The position numbers were made by a program, and so were the translations under genes. A DNA stretch of 63,728 bases, filler included, from an uncultured bacterium (GTDB taxonomy: Bacteria; Latescibacterota; UBA2968): assembly GCA_964471275.1 (NCBI GenBank). It is 6 parts of 6 records of this genome, joined end to end, with 100 filler letters (N's around TTAATTAATTAA, not from the genome) between each part and the next. Parts side by side here need not be neighbours in the genome. Positions count along the whole stretch, not along the records: positions 32,872 to 43,180 come from CAYYGZ010000169.1; positions 43,281 to 53,459 come from CAYYGZ010000170.1; 4 more parts are not named here. One strand, 5' to 3'. Below, one piece after another: positions 39,909-48,830 of this stretch (within the stretch, counting starts at the first letter, position 1; each line of letters starts with the position of its first letter). The notes below the pieces were generated by a model that saw only the letters and a program-made list of their open reading frames with translations, was not told the origin of the DNA and did no database searches.

Positions 39909-42900
39909 AGATCACCGAATATGCCATCTCCAAGCGAGTAACCGTCTACGTTCTGGTGGCTCTGATGGTGCTTGCCGGTACGACGACGTATATATCACTT
40001 CCGAGAGAGGCCGCCCCCGATATCGAGATTCCGTTCATCATCATCATGACACCCTACATCGGCGCCGCCCCGGCTGATGTGGAGAGTCTTGTGACCCGCA
40101 AGATCGAGAAGAAGTTTCAGGGCTTGGAGAACGTGAAGGATCTGTATTCGACGTCTGCCGAGGGCATCTCGACGATTCAGATCGCCTTTATCGCGGGGAT
40201 CGACATTGACGATGCGCTTCAGAAGGTCAAGGACAAGGTCGATCTGGCAAAGCAGGATCTGCCAACAGATGCCGAGGATCCGATTGTGTCGGAGATAAAT
40301 TTCTCGAACATCCCGATCATGATCGTCAACATGTCCGGAGACTACGACCTGGTGAGGCTGAAGGAAGTCGCCGAGGACCTTTCGGATGAGATCGAGACGG
40401 TTCCCGGCATCCTTGAGGTTCGTTTGGCTGGTGGGCTGGAGCGGGAGGTAAAGATCGATGTGGATCCGGATCGTCTGGTCGTGTATGAAATGTCCCTGAA
40501 CGATGTTGTGGAGACGATCCAGCGTGAGAATGTTACGCTTCCGGGTGGCAGCATGGATATCGGAAGCTATAAGTATTCGGTCCGCGTGCCGGGCGAAGTG
40601 CAGCGGGTTTCCGAAATCGCCGATATGGTGATAAAAGCAGGTGGGGGCCGCCCGGTCTACATTCGGGATGTGGCGGACGTGGCCTACGGGTTCGCCGATG
40701 CAGCCAGCTATGCACGGCTGAATGCCCAGCCGTGTGTGAGTCTGTCGATCATCAAACGCAGCGGCGAGAATCTGATCGAGGTATCGGACACGGTGAAGGA
40801 TCTGCTGGTAAGCTTGCAGCCGACGTTTCCACCGGGGACGATGGTTTCGGTACAGGGGGATCAGTCCGAAGACATCCGGATGATGGTGAAGGATCTTGAG
40901 AACAACATCATGTCCGGGCTGATCCTGGTTGTTGCCGTTCTCTTCTTCTTTATGGGTTTCCGAAACGCGGTGTTCGCCGGTGTAGCGATTCCGCTGTCGA
41001 TGTTGATCAGCTTCATCGTAATCGATGCGCTGGGTATGACGCTGAACATGGTGGTTCTGTTCAGCTTGATACTTGCTCTCGGGATGCTTGTCGATAACGC
41101 GATCGTGATCGTAGAGAACATTTACCGTCACGTACAGAATGGCAAGCCCAGGGCGGAGGGTGCTTACATTGGGACGAGTGAAGTGGCCATTCCCGTGATC
41201 GCCTCGACACTCACGACCCTGTGTGCGTTTGCGCCGATGATCTTCTGGCCGGGCATCATGGGTGAGTTCATGAAATATCTTCCCATTACCCTCATCGTGA
41301 CGCTGAGTTGTTCGCTGGTCGTCGGTCTGGTCATGAATCCGACGTTCTGCGCATCCTTCATGCGTATCGATGACACGAGCCCCGAAGACAGCAAACTTGC
41401 TCGGGTTCTGGACCGCTATCAGGTCGTACTCGACCGCGCGCTGGACAGCCCGGTGAAGGCCCTGCTTCTGGCCGGGGCCACGCTTGTCGGCGTGATCGTG
41501 ATCTACGGGATTCTGGGCCACGGCGTGGAGTTTTTTCCGGAAGTCGATCCGCGAAAGGCCTACGTCGATGTTCGCGCGCCGTCCGGAACGCGTTTAGAGA
41601 CATCCGATAGATTGGTTGCCGAGATCGAGTCGGCGCTCGGAGCGATGACCGATGTCGGCACGTATGTCGCTACAGTCGGATCGTCCGCGGATGCCGAAGA
41701 TTTCGGTACATCGGGTGGGTCTCCTCACAAGAGTCGTGTTACTCTGGATATGCTGGATGAGGATCTGCGCGATCGAACCGGATTTGCAATCATCGACGAC
41801 TTGCGTGATCGGTTGGCGGACATCACGGGCGCGGAGGTCGAGATCACGAAGGAGCGTGTCGGTCCGCCTACGGGCCCGCCGATAAACCTGGAGGTCGTGG
41901 GTGAGGACTTCGATGTCCTGGGTGATCTGGCCTCGCAGATAAAGCGGCTTGTAGCGAATGTGCCTGGCGTCGTAGATCTGAAGGATGACTACGACAAGGG
42001 AAGACCGGAGATCCGGGTGATCGTCGATCGCGAAGCGGCAGCTCTTGCAGACCTGAATACGACACTGATCGCCACTACGGTCCGTACGGCGATTTACGGG
42101 AACGAAGCATCCGAGTTCCGCGTGGGTGAAGACGACTACGACATTCGTGTGCGACTCAAGGCCGATGCACGTCAGCGTCTGTCGGATCTCGAGAATCTGA
42201 TGATCGAGAAGGACGGGATCCTGGTGCCTCTGGGCACGGTGGCCAGAATCGAGACGGGCGGTGGGCTCGGCAGTATCAAACGGAAGGATATGAAACGTGT
42301 CGTGGCCGTTTCCGGGAAGGTCGTCGGACGTACGACTGACGAGGCACTCAGGGATTGTCAACAGATTCTCGCAGACTTCCAGCTCCCGGCGGGCTACCGC
42401 ATCCAGTATACCGGTGAAAACGAAGATCAGCAGGAGTCCGCGGACTTTCTGTCCCGCGCCTTTATCGTGGCGATTTTTCTGATCGCGCTCGTGCTGATCA
42501 CGCAGTTCAACTCCGTGGCTCTTCCGTTTGTGGTCCTGACGTCGGTGGTACTTTCATTGATCGGTGTCCTGATCGGTCTTCTGGTGACGGCAACGCCGTT
42601 TGGCATCATGATGACAGGCATTGGCATGATCAGCCTTGCCGGCGTCGTTGTGAACAACGCCATCGTGATGATCGACTACATCCTGCGGTTGCGCAACGAC
42701 GGTATGGGTGATCGAGAGGCGATCGTGGAAGCCGCGCGTACACGTTTCCGTCCGGTCATCATGACGGCGATCACGACGATTCTCGGTCTGATTCCACTGG
42801 CCACGGGCGTGAGCTTCGACTTCTTCTCCTTTTCGTTTGAGATTGGGGGACGCAGCAGCGAATGGTGGGGTCCGATGGGGAAAGCGGTTGTGTTTGGGCT

Positions 42901-43021
42901 GGCCTTTGCCACGGTGTTGACCCTGGTAGTCGTGCCTGTCATGGTGAAGTTGATCTGGCAGATCACGGATTATTTCAACGGGAAAGGCAGGAAATCGTCG
43001 TTGGGTTTGGCGGCGGACTAA
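39905..43021 (+). CDS. RND efflux permease (AcrB/AcrD/AcrF family)
   Basis: 1038 aa with GMLVDNAIVIVENI, GVVVNNAIVMID and RFRPVIMTAITT motifs. Confidence 0.95.
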   Translation: MKITEYAISKRVTVYVLVALMVLAGTTTYISLPREAAPDIEIPFIIIMTPYIGAAPADVESLVTRKIEKKFQGLENVKDLYSTSAEGISTIQIAFIAGIDIDDALQKVKDKVDLAKQDLPTDAEDPIVSEINFSNIPIMIVNMSGDYDLVRLKEVAEDLSDEIETVPGILEVRLAGGLEREVKIDVDPDRLVVYEMSLNDVVETIQRENVTLPGGSMDIGSYKYSVRVPGEVQRVSEIADMVIKAGGGRPVYIRDVADVAYGFADAASYARLNAQPCVSLSIIKRSGENLIEVSDTVKDLLVSLQPTFPPGTMVSVQGDQSEDIRMMVKDLENNIMSGLILVVAVLFFFMGFRNAVFAGVAIPLSMLISFIVIDALGMTLNMVVLFSLILALGMLVDNAIVIVENIYRHVQNGKPRAEGAYIGTSEVAIPVIASTLTTLCAFAPMIFWPGIMGEFMKYLPITLIVTLSCSLVVGLVMNPTFCASFMRIDDTSPEDSKLARVLDRYQVVLDRALDSPVKALLLAGATLVGVIVIYGILGHGVEFFPEVDPRKAYVDVRAPSGTRLETSDRLVAEIESALGAMTDVGTYVATVGSSADAEDFGTSGGSPHKSRVTLDMLDEDLRDRTGFAIIDDLRDRLADITGAEVEITKERVGPPTGPPINLEVVGEDFDVLGDLASQIKRLVANVPGVVDLKDDYDKGRPEIRVIVDREAAALADLNTTLIATTVRTAIYGNEASEFRVGEDDYDIRVRLKADARQRLSDLENLMIEKDGILVPLGTVARIETGGGLGSIKRKDMKRVVAVSGKVVGRTTDEALRDCQQILADFQLPAGYRIQYTGENEDQQESADFLSRAFIVAIFLIALVLITQFNSVALPFVVLTSVVLSLIGVLIGLLVTATPFGIMMTGIGMISLAGVVVNNAIVMIDYILRLRNDGMGDREAIVEAARTRFRPVIMTAITTILGLIPLATGVSFDFFSFSFEIGGRSSEWWGPMGKAVVFGLAFATVLTLVVVPVMVKLIWQITDYFNGKGRKSSLGLAAD

Positions 43022-43041
43022 GGGCAGTTAGGCCGTGAGGT

Positions 43042-43063
43042 AGAGGGGGCGGCTGCCCCTTCT
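43042..43063 (+). terminator. Probable intrinsic terminator
   Basis: AGAGGGGGC-GGCT-GCCCCTTCT followed by T-rich sequence. Confidence 0.45.
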
Positions 43064-43102
43064 GTTATGTAGACGGAGTCCAGTGGGTGGGCGGCTTGTA
43101 AG

Positions 43103-43156
43103 CCCTCACCCGATCGTGAAGAACGCGATCGCCCTCTCCCGTGGATCGGGAGAGGG
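43103..43156. repeat. REP-like element (CCCTCACCC...CCCTCTCCC...GGGAGAGGG)
   Basis: CCCTCACCC, then hairpin CGATCG...CGATCG, then CCCTCTCCCG-TGGAT-CGGGAGAGGG. Lies at a contig end, consistent with a dispersed repeat. Confidence 0.55.
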
Positions 43157-43180
43157 AAGCAAACCTGGTGGAGGAGATAT

Positions 43181-43280
43181 NNNNNNNNNNNNNNNNNNNN
43201 NNNNNNNNNNNNNNNNNNNNNNNNTTAATTAATTAANNNNNNNNNNNNNNNNNNNNNNNNNNNNNNNNNNNNNNNNNNNN
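43181..43280. other. Artificial contig linker
   Basis: N-run with central TTAATTAATTAA. Confidence 0.98.
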
Positions 43281-43694
43281 CTCTGGGCTGACCAGATCCG
43301 TCTTGTTGATTACGGCGATCAGGGGAACGGAGTGGCCACTCACTGACTGGACGACCTCTTTGTCGAAGGTTCTATCCATATCTGTCGCGTCGACCAAGCA
43401 AAGTACGATATCCGCACCCTCGATCGCGTTGGTTATTTCGTTTCGCATGAGTTCGTGGAGTCGATAGGCAGGATCCAGCAGCCCGGGCGTGTCCAGGAAC
43501 ATCATTTGAGATTTTGGTGTGGTGAAAATTCCGAGGATGGTCTTGCGTGTTGTTTGCGGTTTGTCCGTTGCGATCGACAGGCGTTCACCCACAAGGGCAT
43601 TGAAGAGCGTTGACTTCCCTGTGTTGGGGCGACCCAAGACTACGATGTGGCCGGACCGGAACCCGGCTGGTGCGTTTATCCATTGATCCATCAA
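43281..43694 (-). CDS. era: GTPase Era (3' truncated)
   Basis: FRSG, GRPNTGKST, KPQTTR, DTPG and NKTD motifs. Confidence 0.93.
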
Positions 43695-44626
43695 AATGTC
43701 ACGGTGGCAGAGATGCGGTATGTGTTGTCGAGATCGCTGTCTTCCAGAAATGCGACATCGACACGGATTCGTTCGGTTGGTTCGATTCCCGCTCCGGCGG
43801 TGAAGTGGTCACCTTCCAGCCCGATCCGGGCCGCGAGTCCTCTGTGGTGTCTGTACTCGAAACCTGCCCTCAGTCGCTGACCTTGTTCGATTTCCGAACT
43901 CGTTTCGTTGATGACACCGCTGAAGGAACACAGGACGTGACCCTCAAGGCTCTCGATCCGTCGTGTGTATGCTGCGCCAAGCATCAGTGAGGGGCGAATC
44001 GTGTCACGCGTGCCTGAATCGTAAGTGATGCGGGTCCGAGTGATGTCACGGATGACGGCGCCAATTCGCCACCGAGTGCTGTGCTTGTAATGTAGACCCA
44101 CATCCATACCATAGCCGGTTCCATTACCGATCTCGAGGTTTCTCCAGATCAGTTTGACGGCTGCGCCGAATGACAGGTTCTCTCTCCAGGCTCTGCTATA
44201 CCCGGCACTGAGCGTGTAGTCTGACGTCCCTACCGTGCCCTGCGAGATCGGTCGGTTGTCGGGCCCGAGTGGTCGAGAGGGGTCTTCAAGACGGCTTAGT
44301 GCAATACCGTCGACGGCAAGTCTCACAAGCCCGATGCCAAAGGCACCCAGCGTACTGGGAAAACCGATGACTACGAAATCGTGATTGACGGTACCCCCAT
44401 ACTGCTCCGCGTGCTGGGCCTGGACTTCGGAACGCTCGATCTGAACGAGACCGGCGGCATTCCAGTAGAGGGCCGTGACATCGTCACTGACAGCCGCGTA
44501 CGCGCTTCCCATCCCAAGCGCTCGTGCTCCCACACCCAGCAGGAACGGGTCGGTGGCGTATTCCTGCGAGTTGGACACGCCAGGAAGTGCGAGGAGCAGC
44601 AAGATCGGCAGGAACGTGCGTCTCAT
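43691..44626 (-). CDS. PorV/PorQ (UPF0164)-like outer-membrane beta-barrel protein
   Basis: Signal peptide, FLLGVGARALGMGSAY...ALYWNAAGL, and C-terminal Phe. Confidence 0.8.
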   Translation of the reverse strand: MRRTFLPILLLLALPGVSNSQEYATDPFLLGVGARALGMGSAYAAVSDDVTALYWNAAGLVQIERSEVQAQHAEQYGGTVNHDFVVIGFPSTLGAFGIGLVRLAVDGIALSRLEDPSRPLGPDNRPISQGTVGTSDYTLSAGYSRAWRENLSFGAAVKLIWRNLEIGNGTGYGMDVGLHYKHSTRWRIGAVIRDITRTRITYDSGTRDTIRPSLMLGAAYTRRIESLEGHVLCSFSGVINETSSEIEQGQRLRAGFEYRHHRGLAARIGLEGDHFTAGAGIEPTERIRVDVAFLEDSDLDNTYRISATVTF

Positions 44627-45156
44627 CGCTTACTCGGGTCGATCAGGATGGCAGCTGTGGTTGGGTCGACTGCAGAGCTCAGTGACTTGAGATCCACGCC
44701 GGATATCAGGATGTATGGCACACTCCCTGTGTGGGGTGCTCGCTCAGAACAGATCACCAGCGCGGGCTCGAAGTAGAGCCGGTCGTGCCGGCGAGGACCC
44801 TCGATCAGGCGTCCGGCGAAATCGAGAGGGAGCCTCCGCCCGGCAAGCCGATTGCCCGCCTGCGAAGCGATCGGCACGTGAGGGGAGATCCTCTGGCTGT
44901 AGTAATAGGTTGTCACAGGTGCCGAGACGTCTTCTGTATGGGACTCCGTCACGGCTGCAGTCATCAGTTCGCGTCCTCCCGCCTTCAGAGAAATTGCCTT
45001 TGCATAGAGATCAACGACCAGGTAGTAGCGTTCCGGCGCCGGCCGCGCGATGCCTAGCTCCGTTTCGAGGGCGGTGCGCTCTACGGAATACGGGATGACA
45101 CCGGATTGGCTGGAAGCAAGGTTCGGAATGATGAGAAAGAGAATAAGCAAGATCAA
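44623..45156 (-). CDS. Secreted L,D-transpeptidase-like protein, apparently lacking catalytic His/Cys
   Basis: Signal peptide; YYLVVDLYAKAISLK resembles the YkuD first strands; no HG...SHGC motif. TTG start overlaps the upstream TGA. Confidence 0.5.
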   Translation of the reverse strand: MILLILFLIIPNLASSQSGVIPYSVERTALETELGIARPAPERYYLVVDLYAKAISLKAGGRELMTAAVTESHTEDVSAPVTTYYYSQRISPHVPIASQAGNRLAGRRLPLDFAGRLIEGPRRHDRLYFEPALVICSERAPHTGSVPYILISGVDLKSLSSAVDPTTAAILIDPSKR

Positions 45157-45773
45157 AACACGTAGACCTGAGTGCCGACTTCGGCGGCGCCATAGGTAGC
45201 GGCAAGATCGACTGCGTTGAGTCGAACGCATCCGTGGGTTATCGATCTCCCGAGAAGGCTGGGGTAGAGTGTGCCGTGGATGGCGTAACTGTTCTGCAGT
45301 TCCAGAGCGTATGCGCCAAGCGTCGTGCCGTCCAGCCGTCTGAATTCCCAGGGGAGGACGGGAGCCGTCTCATTCTTCTCGATGAAGGCCCAGATGGGTT
45401 TCTTCCAGACCGGATTTGTCACTTTCTTCAGTACGCTGAATACACGTCGGGGCGTGTCAAAACGCCAGGTCTGATTCCGCTTTTCGCCGAACAGGATCTT
45501 CCCGCTGCCTGTGGCACAGGTAGCCCTGAGGCGAATCGTGTCGGACTGCCGAACGAGCAACTGGTTGCGGGCTCGATCGATCACGATGTATGGCGATGTA
45601 TCGGACAGTCCTTTGATCTCGGCACGCAGGCGGTCAACTGCCATCCGGTCAACTGTGTCACCTGAGATGGTAGAAGAGTCGCCCGTTAGTTCGGGTGTGT
45701 GTGTGTGTGAGGGTGGGCCACAGCTTAGGGCGACGCACCCGATCCCAGAGATGAGTAGCGATCGGAGATACAC
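45153..45773 (-). CDS. L,D-transpeptidase (YkuD) lipoprotein
   Basis: Lipobox ALSC; YIVID, ATG, NPVW, LG and YAIHGT...SITHGCVRL. Confidence 0.92.
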   Translation of the reverse strand: MYLRSLLISGIGCVALSCGPPSHTHTPELTGDSSTISGDTVDRMAVDRLRAEIKGLSDTSPYIVIDRARNQLLVRQSDTIRLRATCATGSGKILFGEKRNQTWRFDTPRRVFSVLKKVTNPVWKKPIWAFIEKNETAPVLPWEFRRLDGTTLGAYALELQNSYAIHGTLYPSLLGRSITHGCVRLNAVDLAATYGAAEVGTQVYVF

Positions 45774-45851
45774 AAATCACTCCATAAACAGGAAAACCGA
45801 GTGGCTGGCGCCATCTCGGTTTTCCAAGTACCTAGCGATGATCAGGTGAGA

Positions 45852-46454
45852 TCAGAGTTCGTACCAGGGACGATTCTTTGTTTTCCAATCATCGATTTTC
45901 TTCATCGCGACCTGAACAGCTGATTGAATCTGATTCAGCTTGCTCTCAGCTGACTTGGCCTGCTCGAGCGCCGCGTTGAAACTACCGCTTCCGAGGCTGC
46001 CACGGGCATCGCCCAGGGCAGCTTCTGCCTGACCCAGATCCGCACGGAGCTGATCGAGATCGCTGTCTGCGCCCTTGCCTTGAGGCGCCCCATCAACAGC
46101 CGATCTTGCATCACCGATCGCGTTTGAGACACGAGTCACGATCGCCTGAGCCTCGTCGCGTACCTGAGTCTTTGTGGATTCTGCGAGAGACTTGGCCTGA
46201 TCAGCCTGATCCTTTGCCTGAATAGCGGCGGTCTTCGCTTCTTCGTAGTCGCTCTGCTCCGATTTGGCGCGCGCATCAGCCAGTGTGTTCTTGGCCCGAT
46301 TGTATGCGTCTGCTGCGTATGCTTCCGCTCCTGCCTGTCTGGCTGAATCCAAGGCCGCCTGTGCAGCATCCAGTTCCGCCTGGGGAGGAGAGCCACAACT
46401 CACAACTGCCACGACCAACGTCAATAATGCACCGACTCTGAACAAAGAACGCAT
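45852..46454 (-). CDS. Alanine-rich helical lipoprotein (DUF4398-like)
   Basis: Lipobox VVSC; PPQAELDAAQAALDSARQAGAEAYA; all-helical coiled coil. Confidence 0.75.
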   Translation of the reverse strand: MRSLFRVGALLTLVVAVVSCGSPPQAELDAAQAALDSARQAGAEAYAADAYNRAKNTLADARAKSEQSDYEEAKTAAIQAKDQADQAKSLAESTKTQVRDEAQAIVTRVSNAIGDARSAVDGAPQGKGADSDLDQLRADLGQAEAALGDARGSLGSGSFNAALEQAKSAESKLNQIQSAVQVAMKKIDDWKTKNRPWYEL

Positions 46455-46556
46455 CCGCCCCTCCTAAGCAAGGGTCAATCCGTGTGTTTACCGGAAGACT
46501 TGGTAGACCTGATTTCTATCGTAACTTGTGTTTATTTGACTAGTTAGACGAGTTAG

Positions 46557-46585
46557 AAGATACACCTGCCCGACTGAGATGTCAA
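46557..46585 (-). promoter_or_regulatory. Sigma70-like promoter of lipoprotein-LDT-PorV-era operon
   Basis: Minus strand TTGACA-17 nt-TATCTT. Confidence 0.5.
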
Positions 46586-46621
46586 GCCGATTTTCCTTTG
46601 TAGAAGGCGGATTTCTCCGCG

Positions 46622-47287
46622 CTATTGGGGTTCACCGATGATCGAACCCCGTTTAAGCGTTATGAAGCTAGTTCCGCGGTCGAATTCCGAGATGCGGCCG
46701 GAGTAACGCAGATACTGCCCGACCTTCAATTCACTTAGACGGTCTCGCCAGACCTCCTCGAAGCGTATCAGCACGTCAGACGAAGGGAGACGAGAGGCGT
46801 GAGAAACCGTTACATACAGATCCGGCTCTGCGCCCAGATTCAAGTATGTAATCTTCCCTTTCCAGCTGACCGGCGACATCCGCCAGTGCTTGAATTCCTC
46901 CAGTTTCTCCGAATCGGCCAGTCGACTCCCTGGACCGAAGAGTACGTTAAACGATCGGTAGCTTACCTCGATCCTGTTTGCTTGTTTGGCTTCCTTGCGC
47001 TGCCTGTCCCAGGTGTAGGTGTATACCAGAATGCATACGATGATCAGGAGGGCCAGAAGCCCCTTTGCCCTGTTCATTTGAACCGTCTGGGGTCGGGCAC
47101 CGGACGCGATCCTGTGCAGGCGCTTGACCTCGGCGATTCTGGCACGTTCCTCCGTTGTCTGCTCGAACTCGGTTACTTGCGCATCCGCAACCAGATCGAG
47201 GCCACAGACACTGCAGCCCCCTTCTGCCGTCACCTTGATGCGCTCCCCAACGGGGATGTCTTTTGAACAGACGGGGCACTCATTCAT
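46622..47287 (-). CDS. Hypothetical membrane protein (N-terminal Zn ribbon, TM, OB-fold-like domain)
   Basis: CPVC...CSVC, a hydrophobic segment, then VSWKGKI...LKVGQYLRYSGRI. Confidence 0.6.
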   Translation of the reverse strand: MNECPVCSKDIPVGERIKVTAEGGCSVCGLDLVADAQVTEFEQTTEERARIAEVKRLHRIASGARPQTVQMNRAKGLLALLIIVCILVYTYTWDRQRKEAKQANRIEVSYRSFNVLFGPGSRLADSEKLEEFKHWRMSPVSWKGKITYLNLGAEPDLYVTVSHASRLPSSDVLIRFEEVWRDRLSELKVGQYLRYSGRISEFDRGTSFITLKRGSIIGEPQ

Positions 47288-47539
47288 TCCCGAACTATAA
47301 GGCCATGGGCAGATGCCGGGCAACGTCGAGATTTATTGCCGGGAACGCTCGGGAGTTCTATATTGATCCAGCTAACAAAACGCCGTTCCTCAGGTTTCGG
47401 TCGCTCACCTGGGTGAGTTCCTACCCGGAGAAAGGGCATTTGACCTCGGCTCACCCCGAACCGGGGCTGCAGTCAAAATCTAGCAAATATAATCACTCTA
47501 GGATGTGAATTCGATCACATTGACGGTTTGTACATCTCG

Positions 47540-47788
47540 ATGACCCCGTTGGAATTAAACAACCAGTTTGGCGTTGCCCTGATGTCGGTGATTGGGACGC
47601 TTGTTCTCAGGAAGCTCGGGGTGACCGAGCGTGCACAGGCGGTGCTCCCGGTCATCCTTTGTGTTTCTCTCTTCTGGCTTTTTGTGGATCTGCCGGATGC
47701 CAGAGGGCTCCTGATTCACGGTCTGGTTTCAGGACTTCTTGCCAGCGGTATTCTCTACGTGATACAGGGACTCACACTGAAACGGTAG
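47540..47788 (+). CDS. Small hypothetical membrane protein
   Basis: 82 aa with three hydrophobic segments and GLVSGLLASG; followed by a terminator. Confidence 0.55.
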   Translation: MTPLELNNQFGVALMSVIGTLVLRKLGVTERAQAVLPVILCVSLFWLFVDLPDARGLLIHGLVSGLLASGILYVIQGLTLKR

Positions 47789-47793
47789 TAATC

Positions 47794-47831
47794 GAAAGAG
47801 GCGAGCCGCTCACAAGCGGCTCGCCTCTTTC
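47794..47831. terminator. Bidirectional terminator
   Basis: GAAAGAGGCGAGCCGCT-CACA-AGCGGCTCGCCTCTTTC. Confidence 0.75.
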
Positions 47832-47859
47832 TGCTACCAGCTCTTGCGGCGGCCGCGGC

Positions 47860-48675
47860 TCAGGGGCCCTTCTTGAGCAGCTGGTTGAGTTGTCGTATCG
47901 GTTTGTAGAGGTAGGTAGCGTCACCAGCGTTCAGTGATGTGCCGAACACTGCGATTTCATCGATCTGACCCGTATACTTGTAGTGATTGAAGCGCGCCGT
48001 TACATCGCCGATGTCCCACGTCGTGTCCATCAGGATGCCAGACTTTCTGCCCTTTTCGACGCCGTCCACGTAAAGACTCCAAGCCGCGTCTGCCTTCCCG
48101 CTGTTGAAGTTGCTCCAGGAAATCACGATGTGATGCCATTGACCAGACTTCCAGTTGATATTGGGTACCTGGATCACGTGCTTCTCGACCATCGCATCCG
48201 AAATCTCGCCCTGCTTGTCCGGGTAGCAGCCAAAACGCAAGGACCGGGGGGGCTTTGTGAAGTCGACGAAGATCACTGCGTCGTCCCACGGATAGGCGTT
48301 GCCCTCCCGTTTCCCGATGTGGAAGGGCTCTGGAAAGTCGGCAATCAGACCCGATACATCGGCGGCCATCCAGAACGAGGCCGCACCACTCCACGCGCTA
48401 TCGGAATAGGCGAAATTCGTCTTGGCGTTGTAGCTCAGGGCCGTTGCGTCTGTCTCGAACTCGACAGAACCATCAACGATGCCCCCGTTTAGATGGTGTC
48501 TTGTTCTTGCTCCATCGATCCGGGCACTTCGGTCTCCTTCCGCCCAAAGAGCATCTACACCCTTTTCGAAGTTGGCGTAGAACAGGACGTTTGCCTCCAG
48601 CTTGTCCTCAATTGCTTTTTCGGGTCCGCCACAGCTGACGGCAATGAGGGCCAGCAGGGCAATTGTCAGTCGCAT
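47860..48675 (-). CDS. LamG/concanavalin A-like jellyroll lipoprotein
   Basis: Lipobox AVSC; ASFW, WHHIVISW, LYVDG and GQIDEIAVF motifs. Confidence 0.8.
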   Translation of the reverse strand: MRLTIALLALIAVSCGGPEKAIEDKLEANVLFYANFEKGVDALWAEGDRSARIDGARTRHHLNGGIVDGSVEFETDATALSYNAKTNFAYSDSAWSGAASFWMAADVSGLIADFPEPFHIGKREGNAYPWDDAVIFVDFTKPPRSLRFGCYPDKQGEISDAMVEKHVIQVPNINWKSGQWHHIVISWSNFNSGKADAAWSLYVDGVEKGRKSGILMDTTWDIGDVTARFNHYKYTGQIDEIAVFGTSLNAGDATYLYKPIRQLNQLLKKGP

Positions 48676-48830
48676 TCCGCGCGCCCTGATCAGTTCGATG
48701 AGCATGATTCTCTCCCGATAATTCGGCTCGTTGTAAGCCGAGAAACTCGTAATCGCTCCCGTCTTGTGCAAGGTGGGCAATATATACAGGCGACTAGGCC
48801 ACGCAAGCGTTTTGTCCGAAAGCATAACTG

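Noticed and set aside
39995..41521. Long antisense ORFs (also 11893-13254, 3172-4083, 59477-60346)
   Set aside because: Antisense shadows of well-supported GC-rich genes; no motifs.
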